DNA of 64,000 nucleotides from Eledone cirrhosa. Lineage: Eukaryota. A program made the position numbers and the translations under genes. Under the pieces are notes generated by a model. That model did no database searches, had not been told where the DNA came from, and saw nothing but the letters and a program-made list of their open reading frames with translations. Within the stretch, counting starts at the first letter, position 1; each line of letters begins with the position of its first letter. The stretch spans positions 44,144,001-44,208,000 of the forward strand of contig OZ024751.1 in the NCBI GenBank assembly GCA_964016885.1, read 5' to 3'. Below, piece after piece: positions 1 to 16,097 of the stretch.

Positions 1-556
1 CTAGTAATTTGGTGGGGAGGGGAAAGTCAATTAAATCGACCAGTGCGTGACTGGTACTTTATTTTATTGACCCCTTAAGGATGAAAGGCAAAATTAACCT
101 TGGCTGGATTTGAACTTAGATCATAAAGGGCCGTAACTCTATGCTGAAAAGCATAGCGTCCGACCCTCTAAAATAATTGTTTCTACTTTTGGCACAAGGC
201 CAGCAATTACACAGTACATTACTGGTACTTTATTTTATCGACCCCATAAGGATGCAAGACAAAGTTAACCTCGACGGGATTTGAACTCAGGCCGTAAACA
301 GACGTAACTATGCTAGAAAGCATGGCGTCCGACCCTCTACCGATACTGCCAATTCACCGACCCCCTAAAATAATTATTTCTACTTTTGGCACAAGGCCAG
401 CAATTACCCAGTGTATTAAGGTAATTTATTTTATCGACCCCGTAAGGATGAAAGGCAAAGTTAACCTCGGCGGGATTTGAACTCAGAATGGCAAGGGTCG
501 TAACTCAATGCGTCAAAGCATGGCGTCCGACTCTCTTCCGATACTGCCAATCCACT
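1..556 (-). mobile_element. Three head-to-tail copies of a tRNA-derived SINE (Meta-domain-like core)
   Basis: Three ~185-195 bp repeats. On the minus strand: A-box TGGCAGTATCGG (absent in the first, truncated copy), B-box GAGTTCAAATC, core GCCTTTCATCCTTACGGGGTCGATAAAATAAAGTACCAG. Matches 31580-31764 and 59941-60120. Confidence 0.85.
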
Positions 557-634
557 AATGTCTTGTGATATTTGTTCTGGTTTTCTGTATTTTGAGTTTA
601 AATGCAATAAATTAAAGTGTCTGTCGGCAAATTA

Positions 635-785
635 AAGCGGACGAACTGGCAGAGTCGGCAGAGCGACGGATAAAATGCTTTGCGTTATTTGTTCCGCTTC
701 TCTGCTCTCAGACTTCAAAACCTAACTTGGTCAATTTTGCTTCCATCTTTTCAAGGTCGATAAAAAAGTACCAGTTCAGTACTTC
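635..785 (+). mobile_element. Diverged tRNA-derived SINE
   Basis: TGGCAGAGTCGG A-box-like head, and TTCCATCTTTTCAAGGTCGATAAAAAAGTACCAG core. Confidence 0.65.
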
Positions 786-1327
786 TGATCGTTCTTCCCC
801 AATATCTATAATTTCCTCGCCTCCACTTCATAGCTCTCCTTCTCTGGAAGAAATATGCTGTGTTCAAACCTGGAGAGGATGAACTTCAGTCACTACGGTG
901 CCCTGACGACTTGATCAGGCGTAACTAGTTCATACCTACATACAAGGACGGTGGAATAATGAAATTCTCACAGCATCTGGCGTGATTACTCGAGGTATTT
1001 GTTACAGTATTTTGAGTTCTGAAGTTCAAATCCGCCGGTAGTTTTCTAGTGTGGTAGACATAAGCCGTTGTCCACTTAAATAACTTCATCTGACATTTGA
1101 GTACCTTTAACAGTGTCCACTTTGCTGCAAGTATATTCATCTGGACTCTAGTTTTTAGGACAAACCTCCTTCTTCCTGTCACCATATTCGAATGCCCCGA
1201 AACATGTCATGAGCACGCCTCATCCTTTCCCTTCCGGACTAAACAGTACAGAAAAGATGAAATAAGAAACACCATTAAACACCATTATCTAAAGGATAAA
1301 ATATCGTATTAAACGAATCTGCACTAA

Positions 1328-1445
1328 TGGGAGCCCAGTAATGTGAAACGCAAACGCGGAAGACTTCTCAAGACATTAAAGAAGGTTATTAAGGAAGATA
1401 CAGAACTGTCCGCTAAAGAACCGAGGCAGTTAATGTTGAATCAGT
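1328..1445 (+). mobile_element. Degraded RTE-like LINE ORF C-terminus
   Basis: Translation WEPSNVKRKRGRLLKTLKKVIKEDTELSAKEPRQLMLN resembles the W-x-P...R-x-RGRP...D-T-G-L...L...M tail of RTE-type RT ORFs. Recognised from memory, not searched. Confidence 0.5.
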
Positions 1446-1746
1446 CCTTCTACACAGGTGAAAGAATAATATATTTTCGCCTATTTCAAGTTCCAACAGA
1501 GAGCAGAGAGAGCACTGTCCAGATGATAGCTAGAGCTTGAAATGCTCATACACAGTTGTCCCCCGCTGCTTCTGCTAGAACACGCTAGACGGCGCTAGCC
1601 GCCAGCCTTTCGATATTCTTAGCTAGGCTTTCAAAATGTTTATTTATTAAACATACTGTATATCTTTAGATATACGAAATTTACCTACTCCCATGTATAC
1701 AGCTATGTCGGAACAACATTTTAATTCTACACACACACACACAAAC

Positions 1747-1844
<98 letters not shown>

Positions 1845-2285
1845 GCATGAATACATACGTACCATCTTTCATGCATACATATATACATTCATACATTCAA
1901 ATGTTCAGGCATACATTATGTACATACATACATACATACTTACATACTTACATATATACACACCTACATTTATTTATACAGACATTAATATATGCTTGCA
2001 TTCATGCATACAAACACGGGTACATACTTACATACATACATATATAAATACACACATGTGTATGTACGTAAATATGCATGTATGTACATACATATGTACA
2101 TATGCATGTATATATGTATGTATAAATGTAGGTATTCCTGTATATGTGTAAGTATATATATATAAATAAATGTATGTATGTATATATGTATGTATGTATG
2201 CATGTATGTATGTATGCATATATGTATGTATGTATGCATGTATGTATGTATGTATGTATGTATGTATGTATGTATGTATGTATGT

Positions 2286-2490
2286 TAAACCACTGGGAGT
2301 GAAGGACCCCTAGCCTTTGTCAGGGCATTCTTCTAGGAGAAGGCAACTCAGGGAACTGGGATAACTCCGATATAAAACCTGCGGCTCAGTAGTTACCGAT
2401 GATGTTGATATTTTCTTCTTTTCGGGTTATAGCTACTGTCGCTCAGGGAGTGGGATTGGCTCAGTGCACAGTCATTCCTCATTTAAAAAA
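2286..2490 (+). mobile_element. Possible RTE-related 5' region/SINE fragment
   Basis: GC-richer island after (TATG)n with CTAGGAGAAGGCAACTC...AAAACC, reminiscent of RTE 5' UTRs. Confidence 0.3.
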
Positions 2491-3040
2491 ATATCTTCAT
2501 GCACAGGCATTGCACGATAGAATTAATAAATAATTATTAATAATGGTATATCGTGCAATGGCCATACTCGATAACGAGGGGGCAGCCATCATCATATATG
2601 TATGTATGCATTTAAGTATATATATATGCATTCTAGACTGTAAATGTTCATATACATAGTTAGAGAGAATGTGTATATATATTTCTCGTTCCAACTGTTG
2701 AAATATTCATTATGAATATTCATTATATAAGTTGTAATTTGCATATCTCTTATTTACCACCTGATGTAACTTCATGCTTGGTTAGATGTGTGTTTCGGCT
2801 GTAGTCAGCTGTGTAGGGCTCGGGTTCTAGCTGTACCTTCACAATAAATAGTATCAGACATATCACACACAATCACACATATATATTTACACACAAAAAT
2901 ACACAAACACACACATCACACACATGCACATAAAACACACACACATGTACACATTGACAAAACACACACAGCAAGCTATCGCCCATTGTAAGTCAATTAG
3001 TACGTTACTCCGGATGTATGTGTTAAATTTTTAGGTTTTT

Positions 3041-3096
<56 letters not shown>

Positions 3097-3104
3097 TATA
3101 TAAG

Positions 3105-3188
<84 letters not shown>

Positions 3189-3205
3189 ATATATACACAC
3201 ATATA

Positions 3206-3271
<66 letters not shown>

Positions 3272-3352
3272 TATATATATACATATATATATACACACAT
3301 ATATATATAAGTGTATATATATATAGATATATATATATAAATATAGATATAG

Positions 3353-3411
<59 letters not shown>

Positions 3412-3432
3412 ATATACATATATATGTGTATG

Positions 3433-3463
<31 letters not shown>

Positions 3464-3589
3464 GTATATATATATATGTATATATATATATTTTTATATG
3501 TATGAATATATATATATGTATATATGTATATGCATATATATATACATACATACATATATATATATACACATATATATATATATATATAT

Positions 3590-3689
<100 letters not shown>

Positions 3690-3751
3690 GCATACATGTA
3701 TATACATACATATATGCATATATATGTATGTATACGAGTATGTATATTATG

Positions 3752-4181
<430 letters not shown>

Positions 4182-4194
4182 ATATATATATATG

Positions 4195-4269
<75 letters not shown>

Positions 4270-4419
4270 GCAGATGTATATATATATATAAATTTCTTTG
4301 TTGAATCTGTTGCCGCTGCCAATTAGTACCAGTTATACCCGTTGATAGATATATAGTATACATACACGCATACATATATATATGCATATATGTATATATG
4401 TATGTATATATATGTATGC

Positions 4420-4531
<112 letters not shown>

Positions 4532-4540
4532 GTATATATT

Positions 4541-4602
<62 letters not shown>

Positions 4603-4720
4603 CATATAAATATATATGTATGTATATATATACATACACATATACATACATATGTATATTGCATATATATATGTATATATATAAATATATAAATGTATAT
4701 ATATAAATATATATATATAA

Positions 4721-4751
<31 letters not shown>

Positions 4752-4808
4752 CATATATATACATATTTATACATATTTATATAAATATGTATGTATATGT
4801 ATATGTAC

Positions 4809-4869
<61 letters not shown>

Positions 4870-4921
4870 CATATATATACATATTTATACATATAAATAT
4901 ATATATATAAATATAAATATG

Positions 4922-5039
<118 letters not shown>

Positions 5040-5082
5040 GTTAAATAAAAAGTCAAATGATTAAAATTTAGCTTCGTTTATT

Positions 5083-5137
5083 ACTGCTATATATATTTCA
5101 GTGACAGCCATCTTTGGCTGTGACCTCTTCAGGCAGT
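5083..5137 (-). ncRNA. Type I hammerhead ribozyme motif
   Basis: ACTGC-CTGAAGA-GGTCACAGCC(AAAGAT)GGCTGTCACT-GAAA-TATATA-TA-GCAGT. Helix I ACTGC/GCAGT, palindromic helix III. Confidence 0.8.
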
Positions 5138-5340
5138 TTGAATTAGTATGGTATAGACAAGTACATATGTCGTTGAGGTGTATAATATTGTCAATACTCT
5201 GATATGCCCACTTCCTGGTTGGGTTGTTATTTCACTGAGGAGCTGGAATCATATCGGAGTAACCAAACCAACCTGCGCACTTCGTCGAGTGCTGCAGCCT
5301 GCATACTAAGGTGTTGGTATACAACCAACATAAACTCAAA

Positions 5341-5431
<91 letters not shown>

Positions 5432-5469
5432 AATATATATATATAAATAGAAATATGTATAAATATATG

Positions 5470-5575
<106 letters not shown>

Positions 5576-5616
5576 CATATATATACATAGAAATATGTAT
5601 AAATATATGTATAAAT

Positions 5617-5747
5617 ATTCCTGATGATTTCTAAAGAATGAAACAGTTCTAGTCCTGTAGAATCTCATCTATATTAAAACTTTTATACTCTGCAATGTAT
5701 TGAGTACCTTACTTACTGTGGTTACCTCCGATTCAACCCGGAATAAC

Positions 5748-5750
<3 letters not shown>
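5617..5750 (+). mobile_element. Hammerhead-bearing PLE pLTR/retrozyme-like element (family A), HHR 5617-5663
   Basis: ATTC-CTGATGA-TTTCTAAAGAAT-GAAACAG-TTCTAGTC-CTGTA-GAAT, followed by a ~90-nt tail ending CAACCCGGAATAACG(TA)n. About 11 related tails in the window. Confidence 0.8.
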
Positions 5751-5795
<45 letters not shown>

Positions 5796-5808
5796 TTAAT
5801 ATAGATGA

Positions 5809-5857
5809 GATTCTACAGGACTAGAACTGTTTCATTCTTCAGAAATCATCAGGAATC
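5809..5857 (-). ncRNA. Type I hammerhead ribozyme motif (family A)
   Basis: GATTC-CTGATGA-TTTCTGAAGAAT-GAAACAG...CTGTA-GAATC. Helix I GATTC/GAATC, GUA cleavage triplet. Confidence 0.8.
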
Positions 5858-5859
5858 TG

Positions 5860-6340
5860 GGTAATAATAAATTTGAAGACTAAAATCCAAAGAGGGCTCG
5901 ATAAGGATAAATATATATCAAGTATATAAGAACTGTAGAGCAAATATTTATTAAAATAACAGATTAAAGTTTAAGCAAAGAATCGCTGCTTTCACCCTTA
6001 ACGGGATCTTCTGAAACTAAAAAAATCAATCTGTGAACGCAGAAGTAAATATTTCGAAAAACGTTGCAATCGAAGGAAGACAGGAAGACGATACTTTGGT
6101 TCGTGGAGACGTTCCCTAGCAAAGAACGGAAAATAGCGAACATAATGCGTCATTATTTGGAGAGGTGAGAACACGCAAAGACAAAACCACGTTTATGGTA
6201 TAAACGAAGTCGTAGACTAATATTCTATTACGTGGTCCGTGGAGACGTTCTCTGGCAATGAACGAAATAAACGAAGATAATACATCATTATGAGGAGCGA
6301 GTGATTCTTTGTTTAAACTTTAATCTGTTATTTTAATAAT
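5860..6340 (-). mobile_element. Dispersed repeat family F with variant HHR-like core
   Basis: Shares sequence with 9585-9815, 31990-32145 and ~37500-37530. Internal ~137-bp direct repeat (6100/6237); terminal inverted segment at ~6303-6340. Confidence 0.65.
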
Positions 6341-6349
6341 TATATATAT

Positions 6350-6640
6350 AAACACTTGTGAATAGTGAAGTTTAAAATCAACATATGTTGATTTAAAACT
6401 TCACTATTCACAAGTGTTTTTTAACCTTCATATCATGTATCCCTATTTTATCTGATGAAAACGCAAATGTCATCTCATGATGATATTTGTTTTTGAAATG
6501 CGCATAATAAAATACTTGGAACTCTTTTAACCATCCTTTGATCTTATATTATTTATACTCCAGTCCTACAAACTGTAGAGTGCTACTTATCCGATATTTG
6601 CATTGTTTTATTGTACTACAATAAAACTCACCTCCTACAT
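6350..6640 (+). mobile_element. Hammerhead-bearing element (family C), HHR 6444-6514
   Basis: TATTTTAT-CTGATGA-AAACGCAAATGTCATC(TCAT)GATGATATTTGTTTTT-GAAA-TGCGCA-TA-ATAAAATA. Perfect 8-bp helix I; 5' fold-back centred at 6385/6386; tail ends CTCACCTCCTACA(TA)n. Confidence 0.85.
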
Positions 6641-6651
6641 ATATATATATA

Positions 6652-6690
<39 letters not shown>

Positions 6691-6862
6691 CGCCCTGTCC
6701 TATGTGCTCTGAAGGTAGGGGTTTCGACTTTAAAAAACCGAAACCACGAGGACCTCTAGCGGTCGACTGTTTTGTTCGTTTTCCCGTTGTCTTCACGCAC
6801 AATTCTTGAATGAAATTCAATGATCTTAGACACGCGGGATCTTTTTTTCATATATATATACA

Positions 6863-6933
<71 letters not shown>

Positions 6934-7171
6934 AAGTATGAATGTATTTACAACTTACTTAATGTGGTTATCCGGCACTCATATGTATATATATATATAC
7001 ATATATATGTGTGTGTATATATATATATAAATATATAATGTTGACATCAATATATAAAATATATATGAATAACGACTTGTTTATCAATAACCTCTCTATG
7101 TAAATAAGGCCCTAAAGTGACCACAAGCAGGGAGTACTCAAATATAAATATATATATAGACATATACCACC

Positions 7172-7566
<395 letters not shown>

Positions 7567-7752
7567 CATATATATATGTATATATATATATATTTATATA
7601 TATATGTATATATATATATGTATATATATATATGTATATATATATGTATATATATATATGTATATGTATATATATATATGTATATATATATATGTATATA
7701 TATATATATGTATATATATATATGCATATATATGTATATATATGTATATATG

Positions 7753-7783
<31 letters not shown>

Positions 7784-7874
7784 GTATATATATATATGTA
7801 TATATATATATATGTATATATATATATGTATATATATATGTATATATATGTGTATATATGTATATATATGTATA

Positions 7875-7911
<37 letters not shown>

Positions 7912-7995
7912 AGATCAAAAGATGGTTACAAACTGTAGAGTGCTTCTTATCCGATATCTGCATTGCTTTATTGTACTACAATAAAACTCACCTCC

Positions 7996-8071
<76 letters not shown>

Positions 8072-8076
<5 letters not shown>

Positions 8077-8643
8077 CGGGTTGTTTGTTTACAAACACAC
8101 GGACCATTATAATAAATGTTCGGTGAATCCATACGTTCATATATATATATGTGTGCATGTATATATATATATACATACTACTGTACGTCTGTATACATAT
8201 ATGTATGTACGTGTACATACTTATATTTAAGTAACAGCCGTACTAAGAGTGGGAAATGAAATTTCGTTTCATTTTTTCCGTTTATCGTTTTCGGTGCACC
8301 CGGCCGATTAACCCACTCGATATGCAAATTGGGCTACTCAGCCGTTAATATGCATAAGGTATGCATATACGTTCAACAATCTGGCAGGAAGGTATACGTT
8401 GCTGACGATAGCTAATAAGCTTGAAACTAGTACACCGTTCCTTTGTCAGTGTTGAACAAACGATCAACGATGGTTGCTGGACACTACGGCTTAATACGGG
8501 ATGTTTGTTTACAAACACACCGACCATTATAATAAATGTTCGGTGAATCCATACGTACATATATATATGTGTGCATGTATGTATATATATATATATACAT
8601 ACTACTGTACGTCTGTATACATATTTGTATGTACGTGTACATA

Positions 8644-8650
<7 letters not shown>
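8072..8650 (+). mobile_element. Partial tandem (~420-bp unit) retrozyme-like element, HHR 8397-8437
   Basis: 8072-8225 is repeated directly at 8492-8648. Between them: CGTTG-CTGACGA-TAGCT(AATA)AGCTT-GAAAC-TA-GTA-CACCG. Confidence 0.7.
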
Positions 8651-8689
<39 letters not shown>

Positions 8690-8830
8690 ATAGAAGGAGC
8701 TTCTACATTCATCTGAATGAAACAGTACTAGTCCTGTAGAAGCTCCTTCTATACAATAAATATATTTTACTCTGCCATGTATTGAGTACCTTACTTACTG
8801 TGGTTATCCCCGACTCAACCCGGGACCTAC

Positions 8831-8897
<67 letters not shown>

Positions 8898-9175
8898 GTG
8901 TACTTTGTGCATACGTGTAGGCCTGTTTGTGTACCTGTAGACTCTGCCGAGATATGAAACTGTATACACCTTTTCGCCGAGACCAGTTTATGTAAACATA
9001 TTGAATTTATATGAATGCAAATAACGGGACGGCCAAATAAATATACAATTACATATCAATATGTATTGAATTAAATTCCAACTTTATTGATCGATACCTA
9101 CACACCCATAGCGTGACTGGTGTATGTTTTTTATAGATAAATATACACAGGTGTGTATGATTGTGTATAGAAGAT

Positions 9176-9558
9176 TATATTAATAAGAGGAATTCTAACT
9201 TTGCCTGATTTACTCGTTTTATTTACAATCCTTTAAAATTTATAATGGTATTATAATGAAATAGTATGATAGAATATTAAATGTTAAGTGTTAATTGAAC
9301 AAGTACTTTCATGCTTTCGCAATCTTCAGGTTCATAATATGTGGTGACAGTCAAGTTTGCAATTTTCAACAGTTGAAAATTGCAAACTTGACTGTCACCA
9401 CACATTGTGAACCTGAAGATTGCGAAAGCATGAAAGTACTTGTTCAATTAACACTTAGAATTTAATATTCTATCATACTATTTCATTATAATACCATTAT
9501 AAATTTTAAAGGATTGTAAATAAAAAGAGTAAATCAGACAAAGTTGGAATTCCTCTTA

Positions 9559-9566
<8 letters not shown>
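9176..9566. mobile_element. ~195-bp-arm palindrome carrying mirrored hammerheads (9296-9334 minus, 9408-9446 plus)
   Basis: Centre at 9371 (TTTTCAAC-A-GTTGAAAA), few mismatches between arms. TGAAC-CTGAAGA-TTGC(GAAA)GCAT-GAAA-GTAC-TT-GTTCA. Confidence 0.85.
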
Positions 9567-9592
<26 letters not shown>

Positions 9593-9879
9593 CTAAAATA
9601 ACAGATTAAAGTTTAAGCAAAGAATCGCTGCTTTCACCCTTCACGGGATCTTCTGAAACCATTATGGGTGAAAGCAACGATTCTTTGCTTAAACTTTAAT
9701 CTGTTATTTTAGTAAATATATATATATTTGCTCTAGGGTTCTTATATATTTGATATATATTTATCCTTATCGAGCTCTCTTTTGATTTTAGTCTTCATAT
9801 TTATTATTATTACTATATATATACATATATATAGATAGATAGATAGATATATATAGTTTGATCTAGCACCTCGTTCTGT

Positions 9880-9979
<100 letters not shown>

Positions 9980-10488
9980 CGAGCGAGACAGAGAGATGTG
10001 TAAACGTGTATATATATACAATATTAACAATAGCCGATAAGTTGTTAGGTATTCTAATACAAACAGTAATGTTGCGCTAATTAATAAGATTATATGACTA
10101 AAATTAGACATAATTATCTACCACTGAAAAGGAATTAACTAATATTTAATAAGTTAATTTTGTTGCCAAACAAAGTGGACGCGAAAATATATTCAAATTA
10201 TAATATTCAAAATTCGCTCCGATTTAATATCTATATTGAGTTACTGTGTTTAATATATACACTGTATGTGTTGTGTGTTTCTGTGTGTGCGCGTGTGTAT
10301 GTGTGTATGTGTGTGTGAGTTTGTGTGTGTGCGCACGTGTGTGGTGTGTGGTGAGGTGGTAGTGGCGTGGGGGTTGTAATTATGGTCGATCAAAACTGAG
10401 TGTGTTCGAACCTTCGACATATACAATGAGAAGATATGTTTGAGAGAAAAGCTGTTACCCACTCATATACAAACCATAGACACAAACA

Positions 10489-10542
<54 letters not shown>

Positions 10543-10547
10543 TATAT

Positions 10548-10670
10548 AACGAAGGAGGTGTGGTAAGGAACCAGATGGACCATAACGCACCAGAGTGCTC
10601 AATACTTCGGGTGGTAGTCCAGAAATAGCCCGTTGAAACGGCTTGAGCTCTGCCGTCGGGGTCATACTTT
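10548..10670 (-). mobile_element. Family D (TA)n-inserted element
   Basis: ACGAAGGAGGTGTGGTAAGGAACCAG... is shared with 27590-27735, 29377-29590, 29699-29893, 31400-31460 and 37895-38072. Confidence 0.75.
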
Positions 10671-10706
10671 CTTATATATATATATACATAAACATGCATA
10701 TATATA

Positions 10707-10739
<33 letters not shown>

Positions 10740-10761
10740 CATAAACATGCATATATATATG

Positions 10762-10798
<37 letters not shown>

Positions 10799-10843
10799 AT
10801 ATCTATAATGAGTTACTGTGTTTAATATATACACTGTATGTGT

Positions 10844-10898
<55 letters not shown>

Positions 10899-11237
10899 TG
10901 TATATATATATATATGTATATATATACACATACACATATACATATATATATGTATAATATATATATATATATAAATATATATATATATATGCACATATAT
11001 GTGTTTTTCCGTCATATGTAAGTTTATATGTATCTATATATGAAAGTATGAATGAATGTACATATATATATGTGTGTGCATGTATGTATGCATGTATATA
11101 TGTATGCATGTATGAATGTATGTATATATGTATGTGCGTATGTATGTGTATAAGTATGTGTGTTCATAGGTAACAGCCTTTCATTAAATTATGTTACAAT
11201 TAAAATTAATAATGTATTTGTAAATCTTTTAACCAAT

Positions 11238-11351
<114 letters not shown>

Positions 11352-11360
11352 CCTGTATAT

Positions 11361-11393
<33 letters not shown>

Positions 11394-11478
11394 TTATACA
11401 TATTTATTTATTTATATAGATACATATATACATATATATACATATATTTATATAAATATACATCTATATATATGCATT

Positions 11479-11557
<79 letters not shown>

Positions 11558-11798
11558 GCATGTATATATTAATTTCTCCTTAAGAATTATAAGAATTACT
11601 GTACATGCGGGTACACAAGAGAGAAGCGTCTACTTCTAAACCTCATTATACATTATTTCCTTCTTAATTGTAGATATAATTCATGGACAAATATACTTAT
11701 TGATCTTTGATATGTATATATATATATATATATCTATATATATATGTGTATATATATGCATATATATATACACACATACATATATGCATATATATATA

Positions 11799-11856
<58 letters not shown>

Positions 11857-11882
11857 CACATATATATATATATATATATGTG

Positions 11883-11916
<34 letters not shown>

Positions 11917-11991
11917 TATATGCATGTGTGTATATATATATGCATATATATTTATATATATATATATATATATATACAAACATACAAATAC

Positions 11992-12120
<129 letters not shown>

Positions 12121-12193
12121 CATATATATATATATATGCATACATATATACATATATGTATTTATGTATATATACATACATATATATATATAT

Positions 12194-12280
<87 letters not shown>

Positions 12281-13326
12281 TACATATATAAATACATACA
12301 TGCATACTTATATATACGCATACATACATATATACACGTATGTATATATATATATATATGTATATATTCTAGCAACGAATTATGAGGAAAATCACATCTT
12401 TACTGCATCTAACCATCAGAGCGGTTTTCCTATTTTTGCTCAAGGTTTCATTACATGTGCAATCCCAACTAAATGCGCGAAATAGCATGCTAGCTTGGTG
12501 GCTGACGAGGTAAAGATGCAGTTATGCGTTTGGCTTATTTAGCCGTATGCAAGAGCATTTGAAAAAAGTATATATAGACGCAATAATAAAGGTTTCAATC
12601 CAGGGTCGTTGCTTTCACGTTATTCGGGATCTTCAGTGTTTGAAAATCACGAACAGTGTCACAGCAATGACTCTGCTTAAAAGTTTAAGTCGGATTTCCC
12701 CGAGTGAACATATAGATTTTCGCAATTTCAGAATTCTTCCTTCTTCATCTCCACCTACTAATTCCTGTGAGGGTTGTTGGGGGCAGAGACTTCAAACATT
12801 TCCCTCAGCGTGCCCTGTCGGAAGCAACCTTCTCGAATTGATCCGGCTGGAGCCCAAAGTCAAATCAATCAAGCCCATGGATGTTATCCAAACATCTTGC
12901 TTAATGTCTACCTCTTCATCTCCTGCCGGTTGGTTTTGAATGTAAAATCTGTCCTGCAATTCTTTCTTCAGATATTCTAACCTCATGTCCGGAGTATCAC
13001 TGAGATGTGATTAATTAATTTGCAGATGTCATTACCTCACAACAAAGAATAAACAGAGAGAAATTTCTAATTAATAAATATAATCCACGCTTTAATATTT
13101 CTGTCAAAAAATATAATATTCTGCGAAAACGTACTAAATCCTCAAATGACTACGGCTCAAATTCATATATTCAAAAATTTAATACCAAAATACTGGCGTT
13201 CTTTCATAGCGTTCTACGGTGAATTCAAAGATATGATACTTACTAACAGAACAAATCTATGAAAATAGGTTGTTATTATTATTATTATTATTGCTGTTCG
13301 GGATAAAGGGTAATCGATATTTTAAT

Positions 13327-13470
13327 AATTGTGTCTCATATAGGCACAAATCCAGCAATCTTGTCAGAGGGCAAAGTCCACTTAATAGATCCCAGAATTC
13401 AACTATAGTTTATATCATCGACCACGTAAGGATAAAAGGCAAAGCTGACATTCGGCGGTATTTCAACAGA
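13327..13470 (-). mobile_element. Diverged tRNA-derived SINE
   Basis: ATCGACCACGTAAGGATAAAAGGCAAAG core on the plus strand and a GGCACAAATCCAGCAAT tail, matching the SINE family. Confidence 0.6.
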
Positions 13471-13591
13471 GATACATCCTGCCAACCCACTTTTATATAA
13501 GATTTAACATTTAATATTGTTATAAAATGAATAATTCTAGATTATACAGTTTCTGTATATTTTCATTTTCTCCATCTCTGTCACACATGTA

Positions 13592-13757
<166 letters not shown>

Positions 13758-13835
13758 TATAGGTATGTATACTTAAATCGATATCTATGTACATGTATAT
13801 ATCTATATGTATACACACATCCCTATATGTATATA

Positions 13836-13866
<31 letters not shown>

Positions 13867-13943
13867 GTATGTATACATATATGTATATATATATATATGT
13901 GTGTGTATATATATATATATTTATATGTATGTATATATATATT

Positions 13944-14044
<101 letters not shown>

Positions 14045-14077
14045 GTATATATGTATATGTATATATACGTATGTATG

Positions 14078-14215
<138 letters not shown>

Positions 14216-14242
14216 TATGTATATATATATATATGTATATAT

Positions 14243-14299
<57 letters not shown>

Positions 14300-14484
14300 T
14301 ATGTATATATATATATATGTATATATACATAATTTCATATATGAAACGAATATTTGTACGTATAAAATACATATACGCAATATTGTAACCCTAATGCAAC
14401 TTTTTTATTCTCTGCGTTTGTCTTGTTTATTATTGAAATATATACATATATACATACATATATATGTGTATGCATATAGATTTA

Positions 14485-14542
<58 letters not shown>

Positions 14543-14639
14543 GTATGTATGTAAATATATATGTATATTGAAATGCGTGCAAGAAGCAAAGAATATATGC
14601 TGTTTTGAAAACAATCCTACTGTTTTTGTGATAATACTA

Positions 14640-14715
<76 letters not shown>

Positions 14716-15341
14716 CAAAAAAGGAAAGGAATGACTTCACTTGTAGTTTCAAGCAATTTAATTTAATTTTATATTATAATATTATGAGTTGGTAGATATA
14801 AATGTGTGTGTGTGTGTGCGTGTGTGTGCGTGTGTGTGTGTGAATAAATCAGTTCTCATCATTTATATGTATAACCATTCTCAATTATATATATATTTAT
14901 GTATAAGAATCTATTCACAAACTCCCAGAAGTAACCTTTCAGAAAAGACCCCTCTCAAGCAAGTGATTTGGCGCTAAACTATTTATATTATTTATAGATA
15001 TTTCTAAATATTGTCGCCACAATGCCGATAACTACAATGGTATTTGGTAAAAATACGTCAGTAAATACGGCTTTAACCCTTGCGGTGTCTGCCTTACGGT
15101 ACTCCATATATATATATTGCTATCATTTAGTCTTAACAATTATTATAATTATTTGCGTTGTGGCGGATATTTTATAAATGTAAAATTTCAAAATGTTTCA
15201 TTAAGACAATCGATGATATATATATATATATATATATATATATTACATCATCGATTGTCTTAACGAAATATTGGGAAATATATATATGTATAAAATATAA
15301 TATATATACATACATATATCATATTATACAGTATAAACATA

Positions 15342-15425
<84 letters not shown>

Positions 15426-15525
15426 ATGTTATATTATACTATATATACAGTATATAAATATCTATATAACAGGTCGATACACAATAAAAAACTAAATACA
15501 TGTGAACGAAACTTCATCGTTCTTC

Positions 15526-15570
<45 letters not shown>

Positions 15571-15576
15571 TATAAA

Positions 15577-15676
<100 letters not shown>

Positions 15677-15855
15677 ATTGAATAAACAAGAGAGATGAAC
15701 ACTAATATAAACATACATGTGTTCGAATCTTATGGACCAAGTTTGCTAGGGTGAATAAATACTAACTACAGCAATATGGTTTGTCAGACTTAATTTTAAA
15801 TATTAAATTAAGAAAAATAACAGACCTATATTGGGCAATAGCCATATATATATTG

Positions 15856-15900
<45 letters not shown>

Positions 15901-15904
<4 letters not shown>

Positions 15905-16075
15905 TGAGATTCTACAGGACTAGAACTGTTTCATTCATTAGAAATCATATGATTTCTAATGAATGAAACAGTTCTAGTCCTGTAGAATCTCATCTATATT
16001 AAAACTGTTATACTCTGCTATGTATTGAGTACCTTACTTACTGTGGTTACCTCCGATTCAACCCGGAATAACGTA
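15901..16075 (+). mobile_element. Family A element with perfect fold-back centred 15950/15951
   Basis: TAGATGAGATTCTACAGG...AATCAT|ATGATT...CCTGTAGAATCTCATCTA, then the family A tail and (TA)n. Confidence 0.85.
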
Positions 16076-16097
16076 TATATATATATATATATATATA

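Noticed and set aside
817-855. Minus-strand YFFQRRRAMKWRR resembling homeodomain helix 3 (WFQNRRAKWR)
   Set aside because: It lacks the invariant W and N, has an insertion, and has no preceding helices or convincing acceptor; likely chance.
895-940. CTGACGA...GTAAC hammerhead-like string
   Set aside because: The GAAA core is broken and helix I is not convincing.
9645-9665. TGGTTTCAG (WFQ) on the minus strand
   Set aside because: It lies within repeat family F and is flanked by stops.
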